A DNA stretch of 64,000 nt, from assembly GCA_963700285.1 (NCBI GenBank), contig CAVOXA010000014.1, forward strand, positions 32,001 to 96,000, written 5' to 3'. The stretch comes from an uncultured Chloroflexia bacterium. GTDB lineage: Bacteria > Chloroflexota > Anaerolineae > JAAYZQ01. Each line of letters starts with the position of its first letter. Position 1 is the first letter of the stretch. Under the pieces are notes generated by a model, which had not been told where the DNA came from, searched no databases, and saw only the letters and a program-made list of their open reading frames with translations. This document shows positions 10,420 to 20,905 of this stretch, piece after piece. A program made the position numbers and the translations under genes.

Positions 10420-11178
10420 ATGAGACTAGCAGGCAAAGTTGCCATCATCACGGGAGGGACCTCCGGCATCGGTCGCGCCACAGCCCTTCTTTTCGCCCAG
10501 GAGGGCGCCAGGGCCGCCATCACCGGACGCAGTGACGCCCGTGGCCAGGAAGTGGTAGCAGAGATCCAGCAATCCGGCGGCTCGGCCATCTTTCTTCGCT
10601 CCGATGTGCGCCACGCAGAGGAATGCCAGAGAGCGGTGGAAGAAACGTTTGACTCGTATGGCCGGCTGGACATACTGGTCAACAATGCAGGCGTCTTTTT
10701 CGCAAACACGCTGCTGGACTGCACCGAAGAGGAATGGGATCTGACGGTGGACATCTCTCTGAAGGGTACGTTCCTCATGTCAAAGTACTCCCTTCCGACC
10801 ATGATCACCCAGGGCAGCGGAGTGATTATCAACATCTCGTCTGGCTGGGGCCTCGAAGGGGGTGACGCGGCAGCAGCCTACTGTGCCGCCAAAGGAGGGG
10901 TCGTGCTGCTGACCAAGGCCATGGCCATTGACCACAGCCGCCAGGGCATCCGCGTCAACTGTATCTGCCCCGGCGACGTGGAGACGCCCATGCTCGTCGA
11001 CGATGCTGACCGGCGGGGGATGACCTGGGAAGCATATCTGGAAGCCGCCGCCGACCGGCCCATGGGCCGCATCGGCCAACCTGACGAGATCGCCCGAGCG
11101 GCCCTGTTCCTCGCCAGCGACGATTCGTCGTTCATGACCGGCGCCATCGTAGCGGTAGATGGCGGCGGTACGGCCTGA
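10420..11178 (+). CDS. Short-chain dehydrogenase/reductase
   Basis: TGGTSGIG, NNAG, YCAAK, VDGG. Confidence 0.93.
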   Translation: MRLAGKVAIITGGTSGIGRATALLFAQEGARAAITGRSDARGQEVVAEIQQSGGSAIFLRSDVRHAEECQRAVEETFDSYGRLDILVNNAGVFFANTLLDCTEEEWDLTVDISLKGTFLMSKYSLPTMITQGSGVIINISSGWGLEGGDAAAAYCAAKGGVVLLTKAMAIDHSRQGIRVNCICPGDVETPMLVDDADRRGMTWEAYLEAAADRPMGRIGQPDEIARAALFLASDDSSFMTGAIVAVDGGGTA

Positions 11179-11219
11179 CCGGCCTCCCGGCCCACCGCGC
11201 CCACGAATAGGAGAACTCA

Positions 11220-12413
11220 ATGACGCTATCTCGCAATCTCCGGCTATGGCTCTTTGGCGGATTGTACTTCACCCAAGGGGTGACCCTCAGTTTCATCTTG
11301 ACCTTCAACATCCTCTACCTGGGCGAGTTTGGCTACGGCCCTGGCCAGGTCGGCCTCCTCCAGGGACTGCTGCTCGTGCCCTTCATATTAAAGATCTTTC
11401 TCGGTATCCTGAGCGATAGCGTGAACCTATTTGGCCTCGGCCACCGCAAACCCTACATCCTCATCGGGTTGCTGGGGCAAACGGCCCTCATCTACCTGGT
11501 ACCCAGCATCTCAGTAGCGGACGGATTGGGGCTCTACAGCCTTGTGCTGCTGCTCGCGGCCACATGTATGGCTCTCTACGACACCTGTACCGATGGTCTG
11601 GCCCTGGACACCACGCCAGAGGAGGAACGAGGACTGGTACAGGGGGTGATGACCGCCGCGCGAGCGGCGGGGATTTTGGTCGTGCTGCTGGTTGGCGGCT
11701 GGATCGTCGCCAACCTGGGTTGGTCGTGGTATTTCTATATCCTGGCCCTTCTGCTCCTATTGCCGGTGCCCCTGGTCCTGCTGGTCCGGGAAGACCCAAC
11801 CCAAACACAACGGCGAAAGTTCCAGTGGTCGGCTTTCAAGACCCTGGGGCAGCGCACCGTCTTGCTGGTGGCCGCGCTGGGCATCCTCTACGCCTTTACC
11901 CTGGACGGCGTGCTCACTTTTTTGAGCGACTATCTGCGGCAGACATTGCAGATCTCCATCGGAAACGTCGGCATGCTGGTGGCCCTCTCCATGGTGGGCC
12001 GCATCGTGGGAGCGGTCTCCAATACCTGGGTCACCGACAGAATCGGGCACCGCCAGAGCCTGTTCGTGGCCATTGCCCTGGCCTCGCTGGCTTGTGCCGG
12101 CCTGGCCCTGGGGGGCAGCGCGGGCCTGGTGGCCCTGTTCGGCTTCCTCTTTGGCGTGGCCTATGGCTACTATGCGTCGGTCTATGGCGTCGTTGCCATG
12201 GATTTCAGCGACCCCCACATCTCGGCGTCCATGTTTGCCATTTTCATGATGTTTGTCAATATCGGCACAGCCGGCGGGCAATCTGTGGGAGGCATGCTTA
12301 CCGAGCGGCTGGGCTTCAGCGGGATGGTGCTGGTCATGGGCGCCATCAACCTGATCAACATACCCATCGTCATCGGCATTTTCCGCCGGACCCAGCGGCT
12401 GGAGGAGGCATAG
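11220..12413 (+). CDS. MFS transporter (AmpG/BT1-like)
   Basis: About 12 hydrophobic segments; LYFTQG, GHRKPY, DTCTDGLALD, TDRIGHR. Confidence 0.85.
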   Translation: MTLSRNLRLWLFGGLYFTQGVTLSFILTFNILYLGEFGYGPGQVGLLQGLLLVPFILKIFLGILSDSVNLFGLGHRKPYILIGLLGQTALIYLVPSISVADGLGLYSLVLLLAATCMALYDTCTDGLALDTTPEEERGLVQGVMTAARAAGILVVLLVGGWIVANLGWSWYFYILALLLLLPVPLVLLVREDPTQTQRRKFQWSAFKTLGQRTVLLVAALGILYAFTLDGVLTFLSDYLRQTLQISIGNVGMLVALSMVGRIVGAVSNTWVTDRIGHRQSLFVAIALASLACAGLALGGSAGLVALFGFLFGVAYGYYASVYGVVAMDFSDPHISASMFAIFMMFVNIGTAGGQSVGGMLTERLGFSGMVLVMGAINLINIPIVIGIFRRTQRLEEA

Positions 12414-12452
12414 CCGCGCTCCCATCCAGCGGCCGGTGGGGTAGGAAGAAGC

Positions 12453-13016
12453 ATGAAAGCCATCTGCATTGTAGGCAGTCCCAACGAACAGGGCAGCACC
12501 GCCTTCCTGGTGCGTAGCGTCATAGACGGTATGCGCGCAGTCGGCATTGACGCCACGATGCACGTTCTGGGTACCATGAACATCGGCTATTGCGACGGAT
12601 GCCGTGTCTGTGAGACCAGCCGCAGGTGTGTTCTCCGGGATGATATGGATCTGCTGCTGGCCGGCATACTCGAATCTGACATTGTGCTCCTGGCCTCGCC
12701 GTCGTACTGGGGCGACGTGACGGGTCAGATGAAGGTCTTTATCGACAGGTCATTGCCTCTCTGCAACGCCGCTACCGGGGATACTCCGGTCCCGACAGGC
12801 AAGGTCGGTGTTGCGGTAGCCACGCGGGCTGGCAGCTCCCAGGGTGAAACACAACACATCGTGGACACCTTCGAACACTATTTCGGACATCTGGGCATCA
12901 GCCTGGTGGCCGTGCTGACCGCCGAAGGCGTTGGCCGCCTGGCCGACGTCGAGCATGACCAGGTCAAAATCCGCCAGGGTCGCGAGCTTGGCATGAGCTT
13001 TCGGCCATCCACTTGA
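12453..13016 (+). CDS. Flavodoxin family / iron-sulfur flavoprotein
   Basis: GSP..GST, CxxCxxCxxxxxC, ASPSYWG, MKVFIDR. Confidence 0.85.
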   Translation: MKAICIVGSPNEQGSTAFLVRSVIDGMRAVGIDATMHVLGTMNIGYCDGCRVCETSRRCVLRDDMDLLLAGILESDIVLLASPSYWGDVTGQMKVFIDRSLPLCNAATGDTPVPTGKVGVAVATRAGSSQGETQHIVDTFEHYFGHLGISLVAVLTAEGVGRLADVEHDQVKIRQGRELGMSFRPST

Positions 13017-13042
13017 CAGACCTCCCTCCCATCGGGTAGAAT
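13013..13042 (+). promoter_or_regulatory. sigma70 promoter
   Basis: TTGACA-18bp-TAGAAT. Confidence 0.6.
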
Positions 13043-13185
13043 GATAGTACCAGGCCTGGGCGGATCTGCCCAAGCAGGGCCGGTTGCGCCACGCAGGGAT
13101 ACCGGGGAGATGGCATGAACTTCGGTGTCATCTGGAGCCAGCCAGAGCCCAGCAGCAACTGCCGGAGGACCAACAAGGAGGAAGC

Positions 13186-14058
13186 ATGGGAAACAAAAAC
13201 TATGGAAGCCAGAGCATGATTGCCCCCCTGCGCAGGGTCCTGGTCAAGCGCCCCGAAGAGGTATTTGGTGCCGCGGATCCCAGCGAGTGGCACTATGCCA
13301 GCCGGCCCGACCTGGAGATAGCCCGCCGTGAACACGATGCCCTCGTGCAGATCCTGCGTGACGCCGGTGCCCAGGTGCTCTACCACGACGAGCCCCAGCC
13401 GGCCCAGGCGGATGCGATCTATGTCTTTGATCCGGCCATTGTCACCGACCGTGGCGCCATCGTCCTCAGCATGGGCAAGGACCTGCGGCGCGGCGAGGAG
13501 GCGCCCATGGCCCGCCGGCTGGAGGCATTGGGCGTGCCCGTGCTCTACACCCTCCACGGCGAGGCGCGGGCCGAGGGCGGGGATCTCCTGTGGGTGGATC
13601 ACGAGACGCTGGCCGTCGGCCTTGGTTTCCGCACCAACGCCCAGGCGCTGGGACAATTGCGCAAAGCCCTGGATGGGCTGGGCGTCACAGTCATTCCGGT
13701 CGACTTGCCCTACCATACCGGGCCAGAGGCTTGCCTGCACCTGTTGTCGCTTATCAGCATCGTTGACCACAATCTGGCCGTGGTCTATCCGCCCTTGCTG
13801 TCGGTGCCGTTCTGGCAGTTCCTCCAGGATCGCGGCTTCCGCGTGGTCGAGGTACCGGAGCAAGAGTTTGTGACAATGGCTCCCAACGTACTGGCCCTGG
13901 CGCCGGGACAGTGCCTGATGCTGGAGGGCAACCCCATCACCCAGGGCCGGCTGGAAGCGGCTGGCTGCACAGTACGCACCTATCGCGGCCAAGAGATCTC
14001 GCTAAAGGCCGAGGGCGGCGCGACCTGTCTCACCCGCCCCATTCTCCGGGAGGATTGA
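13186..14058 (+). CDS. Amidinotransferase / arginine deiminase / DDAH superfamily protein
   Basis: AAGGAGG RBS; DAIYVFDP, RRGEE, EGGD, RTN, CLHL, EGGATCLTRP (catalytic Cys). Confidence 0.88.
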   Translation: MGNKNYGSQSMIAPLRRVLVKRPEEVFGAADPSEWHYASRPDLEIARREHDALVQILRDAGAQVLYHDEPQPAQADAIYVFDPAIVTDRGAIVLSMGKDLRRGEEAPMARRLEALGVPVLYTLHGEARAEGGDLLWVDHETLAVGLGFRTNAQALGQLRKALDGLGVTVIPVDLPYHTGPEACLHLLSLISIVDHNLAVVYPPLLSVPFWQFLQDRGFRVVEVPEQEFVTMAPNVLALAPGQCLMLEGNPITQGRLEAAGCTVRTYRGQEISLKAEGGATCLTRPILRED

Positions 14059-14060
14059 GG

Positions 14061-15326
14061 ATGAATGCTACGGAACAGCGCGTGCTGGACGCAGTCGACG
14101 CAGACGGCCTGGTGGAGTCCCTCTGCGAGTTCATCGCCGTTCCCAGCCCCGGCGGTCAAGAGACCGAAGCCCAGGAATGGGTGGCAGCCCTGCTGGGGCG
14201 CTGGGGACTCGACGTCGACGTATGGGATCTGGATTTTCGTGAACTCCAGCAGCATCCGGCCTACAGTGCTGAGGTCGAGCGGGAGCAGGGGCTGGGCGTC
14301 GCGGGTGTGATGGGCCAGGATGACGGCGGTCGCAGCCTGATCTTGAACGGGCACGTGGACGTGGTGCCGCCCGGGGACGACGCCAACTGGCGCCATCCAC
14401 CGTGGCGCGGTACCCTGGATGAGGGCCGGATCTACGGGCGGGGCAGCGCAGACATGAAGGGCGGCTTGTGCTGCGCCCTCTTTGCCGCCAAGGCGGTGCG
14501 CGACGCCAGGGTCCGGCTCAAGGGCCGCCTGGTCATCGAGAGCGTCATCGGCGAAGAGGATGGCGGCGCCGGAGCTTTGGCCGCAGTGCTGCGAGGATAC
14601 CGGGCCGACGGCGCCGTGATTATGGAGCCGACACAACTAATGGTCGCCCCCGCCCAGGCCGGATCCCTGCACTTTCAGGTGACGATCCCCGGGCACTCGG
14701 CCCACGGCTGCATGCGCGAAGAGGGGATCAGTTCCATCGAAAAGTTCATTCCCGTGTACCAGGCCCTGATGGACCTGGAGCGGGAGCGGAACGAGGCGTC
14801 CGAGGACCCGCTCTTTGCGGCCTACGAGCTGCCCTACGCCCTCAGCGTGGGCTCCCTGCACGCGGGCAACTGGGCCGCGTCGGTTCCTGAGCAGCTTGTC
14901 TTTGAGGGACGCTACGGCATGCCCGTGGGCGAGAGCACAGCCGAGGCCCGGCGGCTCTTCGAACAGAGGGTACAGGCTGCCGCCCAGGCGGATCCATGGC
15001 TGGCCGAACACCCGCCCCAGGTCGAGTGGTGGGGCGGCCAGTTTCCGCCTGCCAGCATCCCCGTGGATCACCCCCTGGTGGGGACCATGGCCGCCGCTTG
15101 CAGCGACGTCACCGGCAGCGTTGCCCAGGTGCAGGGCATGACCTACGGCGCCGACATGCGCCTGTTGGTCAACGAGGGACAGACTTCGACCCTCATGTTC
15201 GGACCGGGGGACATACGTCGCGCGCACCGCCCCGATGAGTATGTACCCGTGGACGAACTGATCGCTTGCACCCAGACGCTTGCCCTGGGCATCCTGCGCT
15301 TCTGCGGCTACCGCGATGCGCCCTGA
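14061..15326 (+). CDS. ArgE/DapE family deacylase (peptidase M20)
   Basis: LNGHVDVVP, GRGSADMKGG, GEEDGG, MEP, GADM, AHRPDE. Confidence 0.92.
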   Translation: MNATEQRVLDAVDADGLVESLCEFIAVPSPGGQETEAQEWVAALLGRWGLDVDVWDLDFRELQQHPAYSAEVEREQGLGVAGVMGQDDGGRSLILNGHVDVVPPGDDANWRHPPWRGTLDEGRIYGRGSADMKGGLCCALFAAKAVRDARVRLKGRLVIESVIGEEDGGAGALAAVLRGYRADGAVIMEPTQLMVAPAQAGSLHFQVTIPGHSAHGCMREEGISSIEKFIPVYQALMDLERERNEASEDPLFAAYELPYALSVGSLHAGNWAASVPEQLVFEGRYGMPVGESTAEARRLFEQRVQAAAQADPWLAEHPPQVEWWGGQFPPASIPVDHPLVGTMAAACSDVTGSVAQVQGMTYGADMRLLVNEGQTSTLMFGPGDIRRAHRPDEYVPVDELIACTQTLALGILRFCGYRDAP

Positions 15327-15339
15327 GGGGAAAGAGCGC

Positions 15340-16686
15340 TTGGGCATCAAAGTAGCCATCATCGGCGGCGGTTCCAGCTACACGCCGGAGCTGATCAATG
15401 GGTTCCTGGACCGCGTCCAGGGCTTCCCGCTCACCGACCTATGGCTGATGGACACCTCTTCGCAGCGGATCGAGGTCGTGGGCGGTTTGGCCCAACGCAT
15501 GGTCGCGGCCAGAGGCAATCCCTTCCGCATCCATCTGTCAGCAGACCGGCGCGAGGCAGTGCGAGATGCGCGTTATGTCATCAACCAGCTCCGGGTGGGG
15601 GGGATGCAAGCACGCCGCGAGGACGAGTACCTGGGCCGGCGCCACGGCCTCATTGGACAGGAGACCACCGGGGTGGGGGGCATGGCCAAGGCATTGCGCA
15701 CCATCCCGGTCGCCCTGGACATCGCCCGGGACATGGCCGCCCTGGCCCCCGGGGCGATCTTGGTGAACTTCTCCAATCCAGCCGGGCTGATCACCGAGGC
15801 GCTGGCCCGGCATGCGCCAGACGTTCCCACCGTCGGGGTCTGCAATGCACCCTTCAATGCCAAGCTACAGATGTTGGACCTGTTGGCCGAGAGCGGGCGA
15901 GACGGGCTTCCGCTAGACCGGACTGAGCTTCTCACTCTGGGCCTCAACCACCTCTCCTGGCATCGAGGTCTGAAAGTCGGTGGCAGGGATCTTTGGCCCC
16001 AGGTCCTGAAGCAGTACCTGCAAGACCTGCGACAAAGCGCCGAACCGGAGTGGGAACCGGCTACCATCGAGTCCCTGGGCATGATCCCCAACTACTACCT
16101 GGAATACTACTATCAGACCGAGCGGAAGCTGGCTGCCCAGCGCGCTTGGCCGCCATCCCGGGCCGAGGAGGTCATGGTCATCGAACAGGAACTCCTGGAC
16201 GCCTATGCCGAACCCGGCCGCACGGAGCCACCAGAAGGGCTGATGCAGCGAGGCGGTGCCTGCTATTCTACGGTGGCCACCCAGCTCCTCAACGCCCACC
16301 ACAACAATCTGGGTGAAACCCACGTGCTCAATGTGCCCCACCGCGGCGCGGTCCCCGGCTGGCCGGACGACTGGGTGCTGGAGATGCCCTGCCGGGTTGG
16401 TCAGGATGGCATCCTGCCGATTCCGACCCAGCCCTTGCCCCCTGTCTGCTTTGGGCTACTGGCCCAGGTGAAAAGCTACGAGATCTTGACGGTGAAGGCG
16501 GCCGTGCGCGGCGACCGGTGCGCAGCCCATCAGGCGCTGCTGGCCCACCCCCTCGGCCCCTCTGCGGATCGGGTTCAGGCCGTCCTGGAAGACCTGCTGA
16601 AAACGCACAAGGCCCATTTGCCGCAGTTCTGGCAGAGCAGGCTGGCACAAGAGAGAAGCGATGGCGCGCTACTTTCTGGGGATTGA
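15340..16686 (+). CDS. 6-phospho-beta-glucosidase, glycoside hydrolase family 4
   Basis: [35 protein letters not shown]; probable TTG start. Confidence 0.92.
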   Translation: MGIKVAIIGGGSSYTPELINGFLDRVQGFPLTDLWLMDTSSQRIEVVGGLAQRMVAARGNPFRIHLSADRREAVRDARYVINQLRVGGMQARREDEYLGRRHGLIGQETTGVGGMAKALRTIPVALDIARDMAALAPGAILVNFSNPAGLITEALARHAPDVPTVGVCNAPFNAKLQMLDLLAESGRDGLPLDRTELLTLGLNHLSWHRGLKVGGRDLWPQVLKQYLQDLRQSAEPEWEPATIESLGMIPNYYLEYYYQTERKLAAQRAWPPSRAEEVMVIEQELLDAYAEPGRTEPPEGLMQRGGACYSTVATQLLNAHHNNLGETHVLNVPHRGAVPGWPDDWVLEMPCRVGQDGILPIPTQPLPPVCFGLLAQVKSYEILTVKAAVRGDRCAAHQALLAHPLGPSADRVQAVLEDLLKTHKAHLPQFWQSRLAQERSDGALLSGD

Positions 16687-17695
16687 CGTCGGAGCCACCA
16701 AAAGCCATGCGCTCATTGCCACGGAGGGCGGGCAAGCCGTGGGCTTTGGGCAGGGAGGTCCCGGCAACTATGAAGTCGTCGGCTGGCATGGGCTGCGCGA
16801 GACCCTGCACGATATCACCGGCCAGGCGCTACGCGCGGCCGGCCTCCGCAAGGCCCAGATCGCCGGCGCGGGCTATGGCATCGCCGGCTACGACTGGCCT
16901 GCCGAGCGGGAGCCCACGCTGCAGGCCATCCGGTCGCTGGGCTTCAAGACGCCGGCAGCGTTGGTCAACGACGCGGTCATCAGCCTGATGGCGGGTGCGC
17001 CAGCGGGCTGGGGTGTGGTCGTAATTGCCGGCACCAGCAACAACTGCCGCGGCCGCGACCGGCATGGGCGGGAGGGTCGGGTGACCGGCTGCGGACCTGT
17101 GTTCGGCGAATACGGGGGCGCTACCGAACTTGTAGCCAGGGCTGTTCAGGCGGTAGCTTTGGCCTGGACTCGACGGGGCCCCGACACGCGCTTGACCGAG
17201 GTCTTTTTGCGGTTGACCGCTGCCCCGACCGTGACCGATCTGCTGGAGGGGTTGATCCTGCAGCGCTATCGGATCTCGGACTCGGCGGCCCCCTTGGTCT
17301 TCCAGGTCGCGGCCGAGGGCGACCAGATCGCCCAGGAGACCGTCAGTTGGGCCGGGCGGGAGCTGGCCAGCCTGGCCATCGGCGTCATCCGCCAGCTCGG
17401 TTTTGAGCAGATCGATTTTGACCTGGTCCTGACCGGGAGCCTATTCAACTGCGGTCCCCTGCTCATCGAGCCCATGGCCAAAGAGATCCACGCTGTGGCT
17501 CCCGGGGCGCGACAGGTGCGCCTGACCGCGCCGCCCGTCGTCGGCGCGGTCCTGCTGGGCTTCGAACAGGTTGCAGCAACAAATCCCTGGGTGCGCACAG
17601 CCTTGATCGAATCCACCAACAAGCTGCTGGGCAGAACAACCTCTGTGGACGGCTCAGATTCTCCCCGCACCATCTCAGAGGACAGCCATAGTTGA
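16661..17695 (+). CDS. BadF/BadG/BcrA/BcrD-type sugar (N-acetylglucosamine) kinase
   Basis: [24 protein letters not shown]. Confidence 0.85.
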   Translation: MARYFLGIDVGATKSHALIATEGGQAVGFGQGGPGNYEVVGWHGLRETLHDITGQALRAAGLRKAQIAGAGYGIAGYDWPAEREPTLQAIRSLGFKTPAALVNDAVISLMAGAPAGWGVVVIAGTSNNCRGRDRHGREGRVTGCGPVFGEYGGATELVARAVQAVALAWTRRGPDTRLTEVFLRLTAAPTVTDLLEGLILQRYRISDSAAPLVFQVAAEGDQIAQETVSWAGRELASLAIGVIRQLGFEQIDFDLVLTGSLFNCGPLLIEPMAKEIHAVAPGARQVRLTAPPVVGAVLLGFEQVAATNPWVRTALIESTNKLLGRTTSVDGSDSPRTISEDSHS

Positions 17696-17733
17696 CGATC
17701 TGTGGGCACTACTGATAGAATAGTCAGACCAAG
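17692..17733 (+). promoter_or_regulatory. sigma70 promoter followed by a GntR-like box (TAGTCAGACCA)
   Basis: TTGACG-18bp-TAGAAT, then a motif resembling GntR-family operators. Confidence 0.45.
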
Positions 17734-17757
17734 CCGGCTTTACCGGGAGGAAGCTTG

Positions 17758-18795
17758 ATGTCGTACCTACAAGACGAGATTCGCCAGCAGCCCCAGGTCA
17801 TGATGACCTTGCTGGACCAGGAACTGGAAAAAGCACGGGCCATCGCGGCCGAGTTGCAGGCGCATCGCCCACAATTCGTGATTATCGCCGCGCGTGGCAC
17901 ATCGGACAATGCCGCGCGCTACGGACAGTACCTGATGGGCGCTCACAACCGCCTTCCGGTGGGCCTGGCCACGCCGTCCCTGTTTTCCGTCTACGATGAG
18001 ACTCCAAGGCTGGAGGGGGGCCTGGTGATCGGCATCTCCCAGTCCGGCCAGTCCCCCGACATTGTTTCCGTGCTGAGCGAAGCGCGACAGCAGGGCGCGC
18101 CGACGCTGGCCATCACCAACGACCCCAGCTCGCCGCTGGCCCAGCAGGCCGACCATGTCATTTCGCTGCACGCCGGCCAGGAGCAGGCGGTGGCGGCAAC
18201 CAAAACCTACACCGCACAACTGGCCGCCCTGGCGCTGCTCTCCTGCGCGATGGATGGCCAGCCGGATCGTCTGGAGGCGCTGCGACGGGTGCCGTTGGCG
18301 GTGGAGCGGGTCCTGGGCGGCGAGGAGCGGATCGCTGACGCCGTGGAGCGCTATCGGTACATGGAATCCTGCGTCGTCCTGGGCCGCGGCTACAACTATG
18401 CGACCGCTTTTGAGATTGCCCTCAAACTCAAGGAACTCAACTATCTCGTCGCCGAGTCCTATTCCTCTGCCGATTTCATGCATGGCCCCATCGCCGTGGT
18501 GGGCAGTGGCTTCCCAGCCATGGTCGTCGCTCCCAGCGGCAAGATGTTTGATACCATGCGCGATTTCAGCCGCGAACTGGCGGCCCGCGGAGCGGAACTT
18601 CTCATCATCTCCGACCGGCAGGATCTTCTGGCAGAGGCAAAAACGCCCTTGTCCCTGCCGGCAGACCTTCCGGAATGGCTCTCGCCCCTGGTGGCCGTCG
18701 TCCCTGGCCAGCTCGTTGCCCTTCACCTGACATTGGTCAAGGGCAACGACCCTGACAAACCATTGGGGCTCGCCAAGGTAACGATCACGCATTGA
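17758..18795 (+). CDS. SIS-domain protein (GlmS-like / NagB-II glucosamine-6-phosphate deaminase)
   Basis: ARGTSDNA, ISQSGQS, VAATKTY, EIALKLKE, HGPIA, LAKVT. Confidence 0.9.
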   Translation: MSYLQDEIRQQPQVMMTLLDQELEKARAIAAELQAHRPQFVIIAARGTSDNAARYGQYLMGAHNRLPVGLATPSLFSVYDETPRLEGGLVIGISQSGQSPDIVSVLSEARQQGAPTLAITNDPSSPLAQQADHVISLHAGQEQAVAATKTYTAQLAALALLSCAMDGQPDRLEALRRVPLAVERVLGGEERIADAVERYRYMESCVVLGRGYNYATAFEIALKLKELNYLVAESYSSADFMHGPIAVVGSGFPAMVVAPSGKMFDTMRDFSRELAARGAELLIISDRQDLLAEAKTPLSLPADLPEWLSPLVAVVPGQLVALHLTLVKGNDPDKPLGLAKVTITH

Positions 18796-18872
18796 TCAAC
18801 CGCGGCCTGGGCCCCGGAGAACTACTGGCACGATTACTCAGCACCATTGCCTGGAACGGGGGTGATAGTTAA

Positions 18873-19724
18873 ATGAACGCTGGCAGGCTGGACGAGACGC
18901 TCGAAAAGTGGTCGTTCCGAGACCTGCGGTTCGTCGTCGACACGCTCATCCCAGAGCGAAGCGACCCAGAGCACTTGGCCGGCTTGCTCCAGGAAGACGA
19001 GCCGCTCCTGGAAGCGATGCTTCAGGATGACCGGCTTTTTCAGGAACTGATGGCCAGCGACGAGGTACTGCTCGCCGTCAGCCCGCAGTTCTTCTTCAGG
19101 GTGCTGCTCCGTCGCGCCCGGCGCGATCTGGAACAGGAGCTGTACACGGTCGAACGGCGTCACCAACAAAAAGTGGTGCTTTTTGACGCCAGCCAGGTCG
19201 TGGAACTCTTGGCCAGTACCGAGGTCTGCGACTACCTGGCCGGCATGCTGGCCTCCTTTGCTCGTATCAACAGCACAACCATTCCTATCCACGTCCGGCC
19301 GGGCGTCTGGCGCCGGCTGCGCATCAATGACCTGGACGTAGACAGCTTGCTTGCTTATGCCAACAGCCTGGAGGAAGACCAACGTTTCTGGGTATACCGG
19401 CGCATCGGCGACGCCTGCCTATTCCTGACCGGAATGTTTCCCGAGCATATTGACGGCCAGCAGCGCTACCCCTTGACTGACCGGCCCCGCTTCCGGGTGC
19501 GAGGATCGCTCCTCCATGGCCTGGAAGACTATGAGGGCTATGGCCAGAGCTTTTACCGGCTGGCATCCGCGCACAGGGTTGCACAAGAACGGGATCTGGA
19601 CGCGGTTCTATCCACCTTGTCACGCCAGTTTATCCTGGCCGAGAAACCCCTTGCCTTTGTTGCCGAGCGCTACCTGGCGCTGCGCAAGCATCGCCTGTTC
19701 GCCCGCAGCAAGCTGGACACGTGA
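18873..19724 (+). CDS. Conserved hypothetical protein
   Basis: 283-aa ORF with coding-like bias; YLAGMLASF and IGDACLFLTGMFPE motifs. Confidence 0.7.
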   Translation: MNAGRLDETLEKWSFRDLRFVVDTLIPERSDPEHLAGLLQEDEPLLEAMLQDDRLFQELMASDEVLLAVSPQFFFRVLLRRARRDLEQELYTVERRHQQKVVLFDASQVVELLASTEVCDYLAGMLASFARINSTTIPIHVRPGVWRRLRINDLDVDSLLAYANSLEEDQRFWVYRRIGDACLFLTGMFPEHIDGQQRYPLTDRPRFRVRGSLLHGLEDYEGYGQSFYRLASAHRVAQERDLDAVLSTLSRQFILAEKPLAFVAERYLALRKHRLFARSKLDT

Positions 19725-19762
19725 CGGCTCCGGGAAAACAGACCGCCTGACCCACGTCGCTC

Positions 19763-20368
19763 ATGAACGCAAGACAAAGAGCCGCTGAACAGGATCAGAT
19801 CGCGCGGATGCTTGGCGAGATCCAGGCCACGCCCTCCGGTGCACCGGCGGTGAACGCGCTGCGACGGCTGGGGTATCGGGTACGATTCGGGCGCCCCCTG
19901 GGCGGCGGCGCTTTTACCTATCCCTGGAAGGTGATCACGCTGCGGCGGGGCTACCCCCGTCACGTGACCCTGGCCATGCTCATCCATGAGCTGGGACATG
20001 TCTCATTTGCGTCGAACCACCAACGCCTGTGGTCAGGCTCGGTGGAACAAGAGGTTGCGGCCAACCGTCTCTGGGCCCAGGTCAGCAACGAACTGGGCCA
20101 ACTGCCCGCCCGGCTCGAGGACAAGTGGCTCGGAGCGGACCACGACGATGGCGCACTGGCTGAGGAAATCCGGCGCCCCAGCGCCTGGCACCGGATGGCG
20201 CTCCCCACCCACCAGCGCTTTGGTCTCAAGGACAAGACCTGGGCTGCCTGGCAGGCCATCGCTTCGGTGGCGTGGATCATCTCCTTGCTGCGATCCACGC
20301 GCTTCATGCGCCGCCGGCGCAAGGGTACTGTGAAAGACTCTGAACAAGCATCGGGAACGGAATCCTAA
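19763..20368 (+). CDS. HExxH metallopeptidase-like protein (ImmA/IrrE-like) with a C-terminal hydrophobic helix
   Basis: LIHELGH followed by EQEVAAN; C-terminal hydrophobic helix then RRRRK. Confidence 0.55.
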   Translation: MNARQRAAEQDQIARMLGEIQATPSGAPAVNALRRLGYRVRFGRPLGGGAFTYPWKVITLRRGYPRHVTLAMLIHELGHVSFASNHQRLWSGSVEQEVAANRLWAQVSNELGQLPARLEDKWLGADHDDGALAEEIRRPSAWHRMALPTHQRFGLKDKTWAAWQAIASVAWIISLLRSTRFMRRRRKGTVKDSEQASGTES

Positions 20369-20533
20369 TGGGCTCAACCTCGTGCGCACGGACTCGTTCC
20401 CGGGAACCTGGAGGATCCGTTACCGTTAGAAAATAGGTAGGCAAAGTTGCACGCGTGGCAGATTTGGAGTACACTCCCCACTGCAACGCAGAGCGCCATC
20501 AACGTCAAAAAACTCACACCAAAGGAGGCGATT

Positions 20534-20905
20534 ATGCTAAAGGAGTTCAAAGAGTTCCTCACCCGCGGGAACGTAATCGATCTAGCCATCGCTGTCATCA
20601 TCGGCGGCGCTTTTGGCGCCATCGTAGCCTCGCTCATCGATGACATCATCATGCCCCTTATCGGGCTCTTGCTCGGTGGCGTGGATTTTGCCGCACTTTC
20701 CATCCAGGCAGGCGATGCCGTCATCACCTACGGCAACTTTATCCAGGCCATTGTGAACTTTGTCGTCATCGCGGCCTCGGTCTTTTTGGTGATGCGCGCT
20801 TACAACAAACTGCAGAGAGAAGAAGAGGCCGAGGAGCCGCCCGGGCCCTCAGCGGAGGAAGTGCTGCTGGCCGAGATCCGCGACCTGCTCAAAGAGCAGG
20901 CCTAG
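20534..20905 (+). CDS. mscL: Large-conductance mechanosensitive channel
   Basis: [31 protein letters not shown]...LLAEIRDLL; AAGGAGG RBS; TTGCAC-17-TACACT promoter at 20447-20475. Confidence 0.97.
   Translation: MLKEFKEFLTRGNVIDLAIAVIIGGAFGAIVASLIDDIIMPLIGLLLGGVDFAALSIQAGDAVITYGNFIQAIVNFVVIAASVFLVMRAYNKLQREEEAEEPPGPSAEEVLLAEIRDLLKEQA

Noticed and set aside
13045-13185. Known guanidine riboswitch upstream of the amidinotransferase
   Set aside because: The ykkC-type consensus and ACGR twin loops were not found
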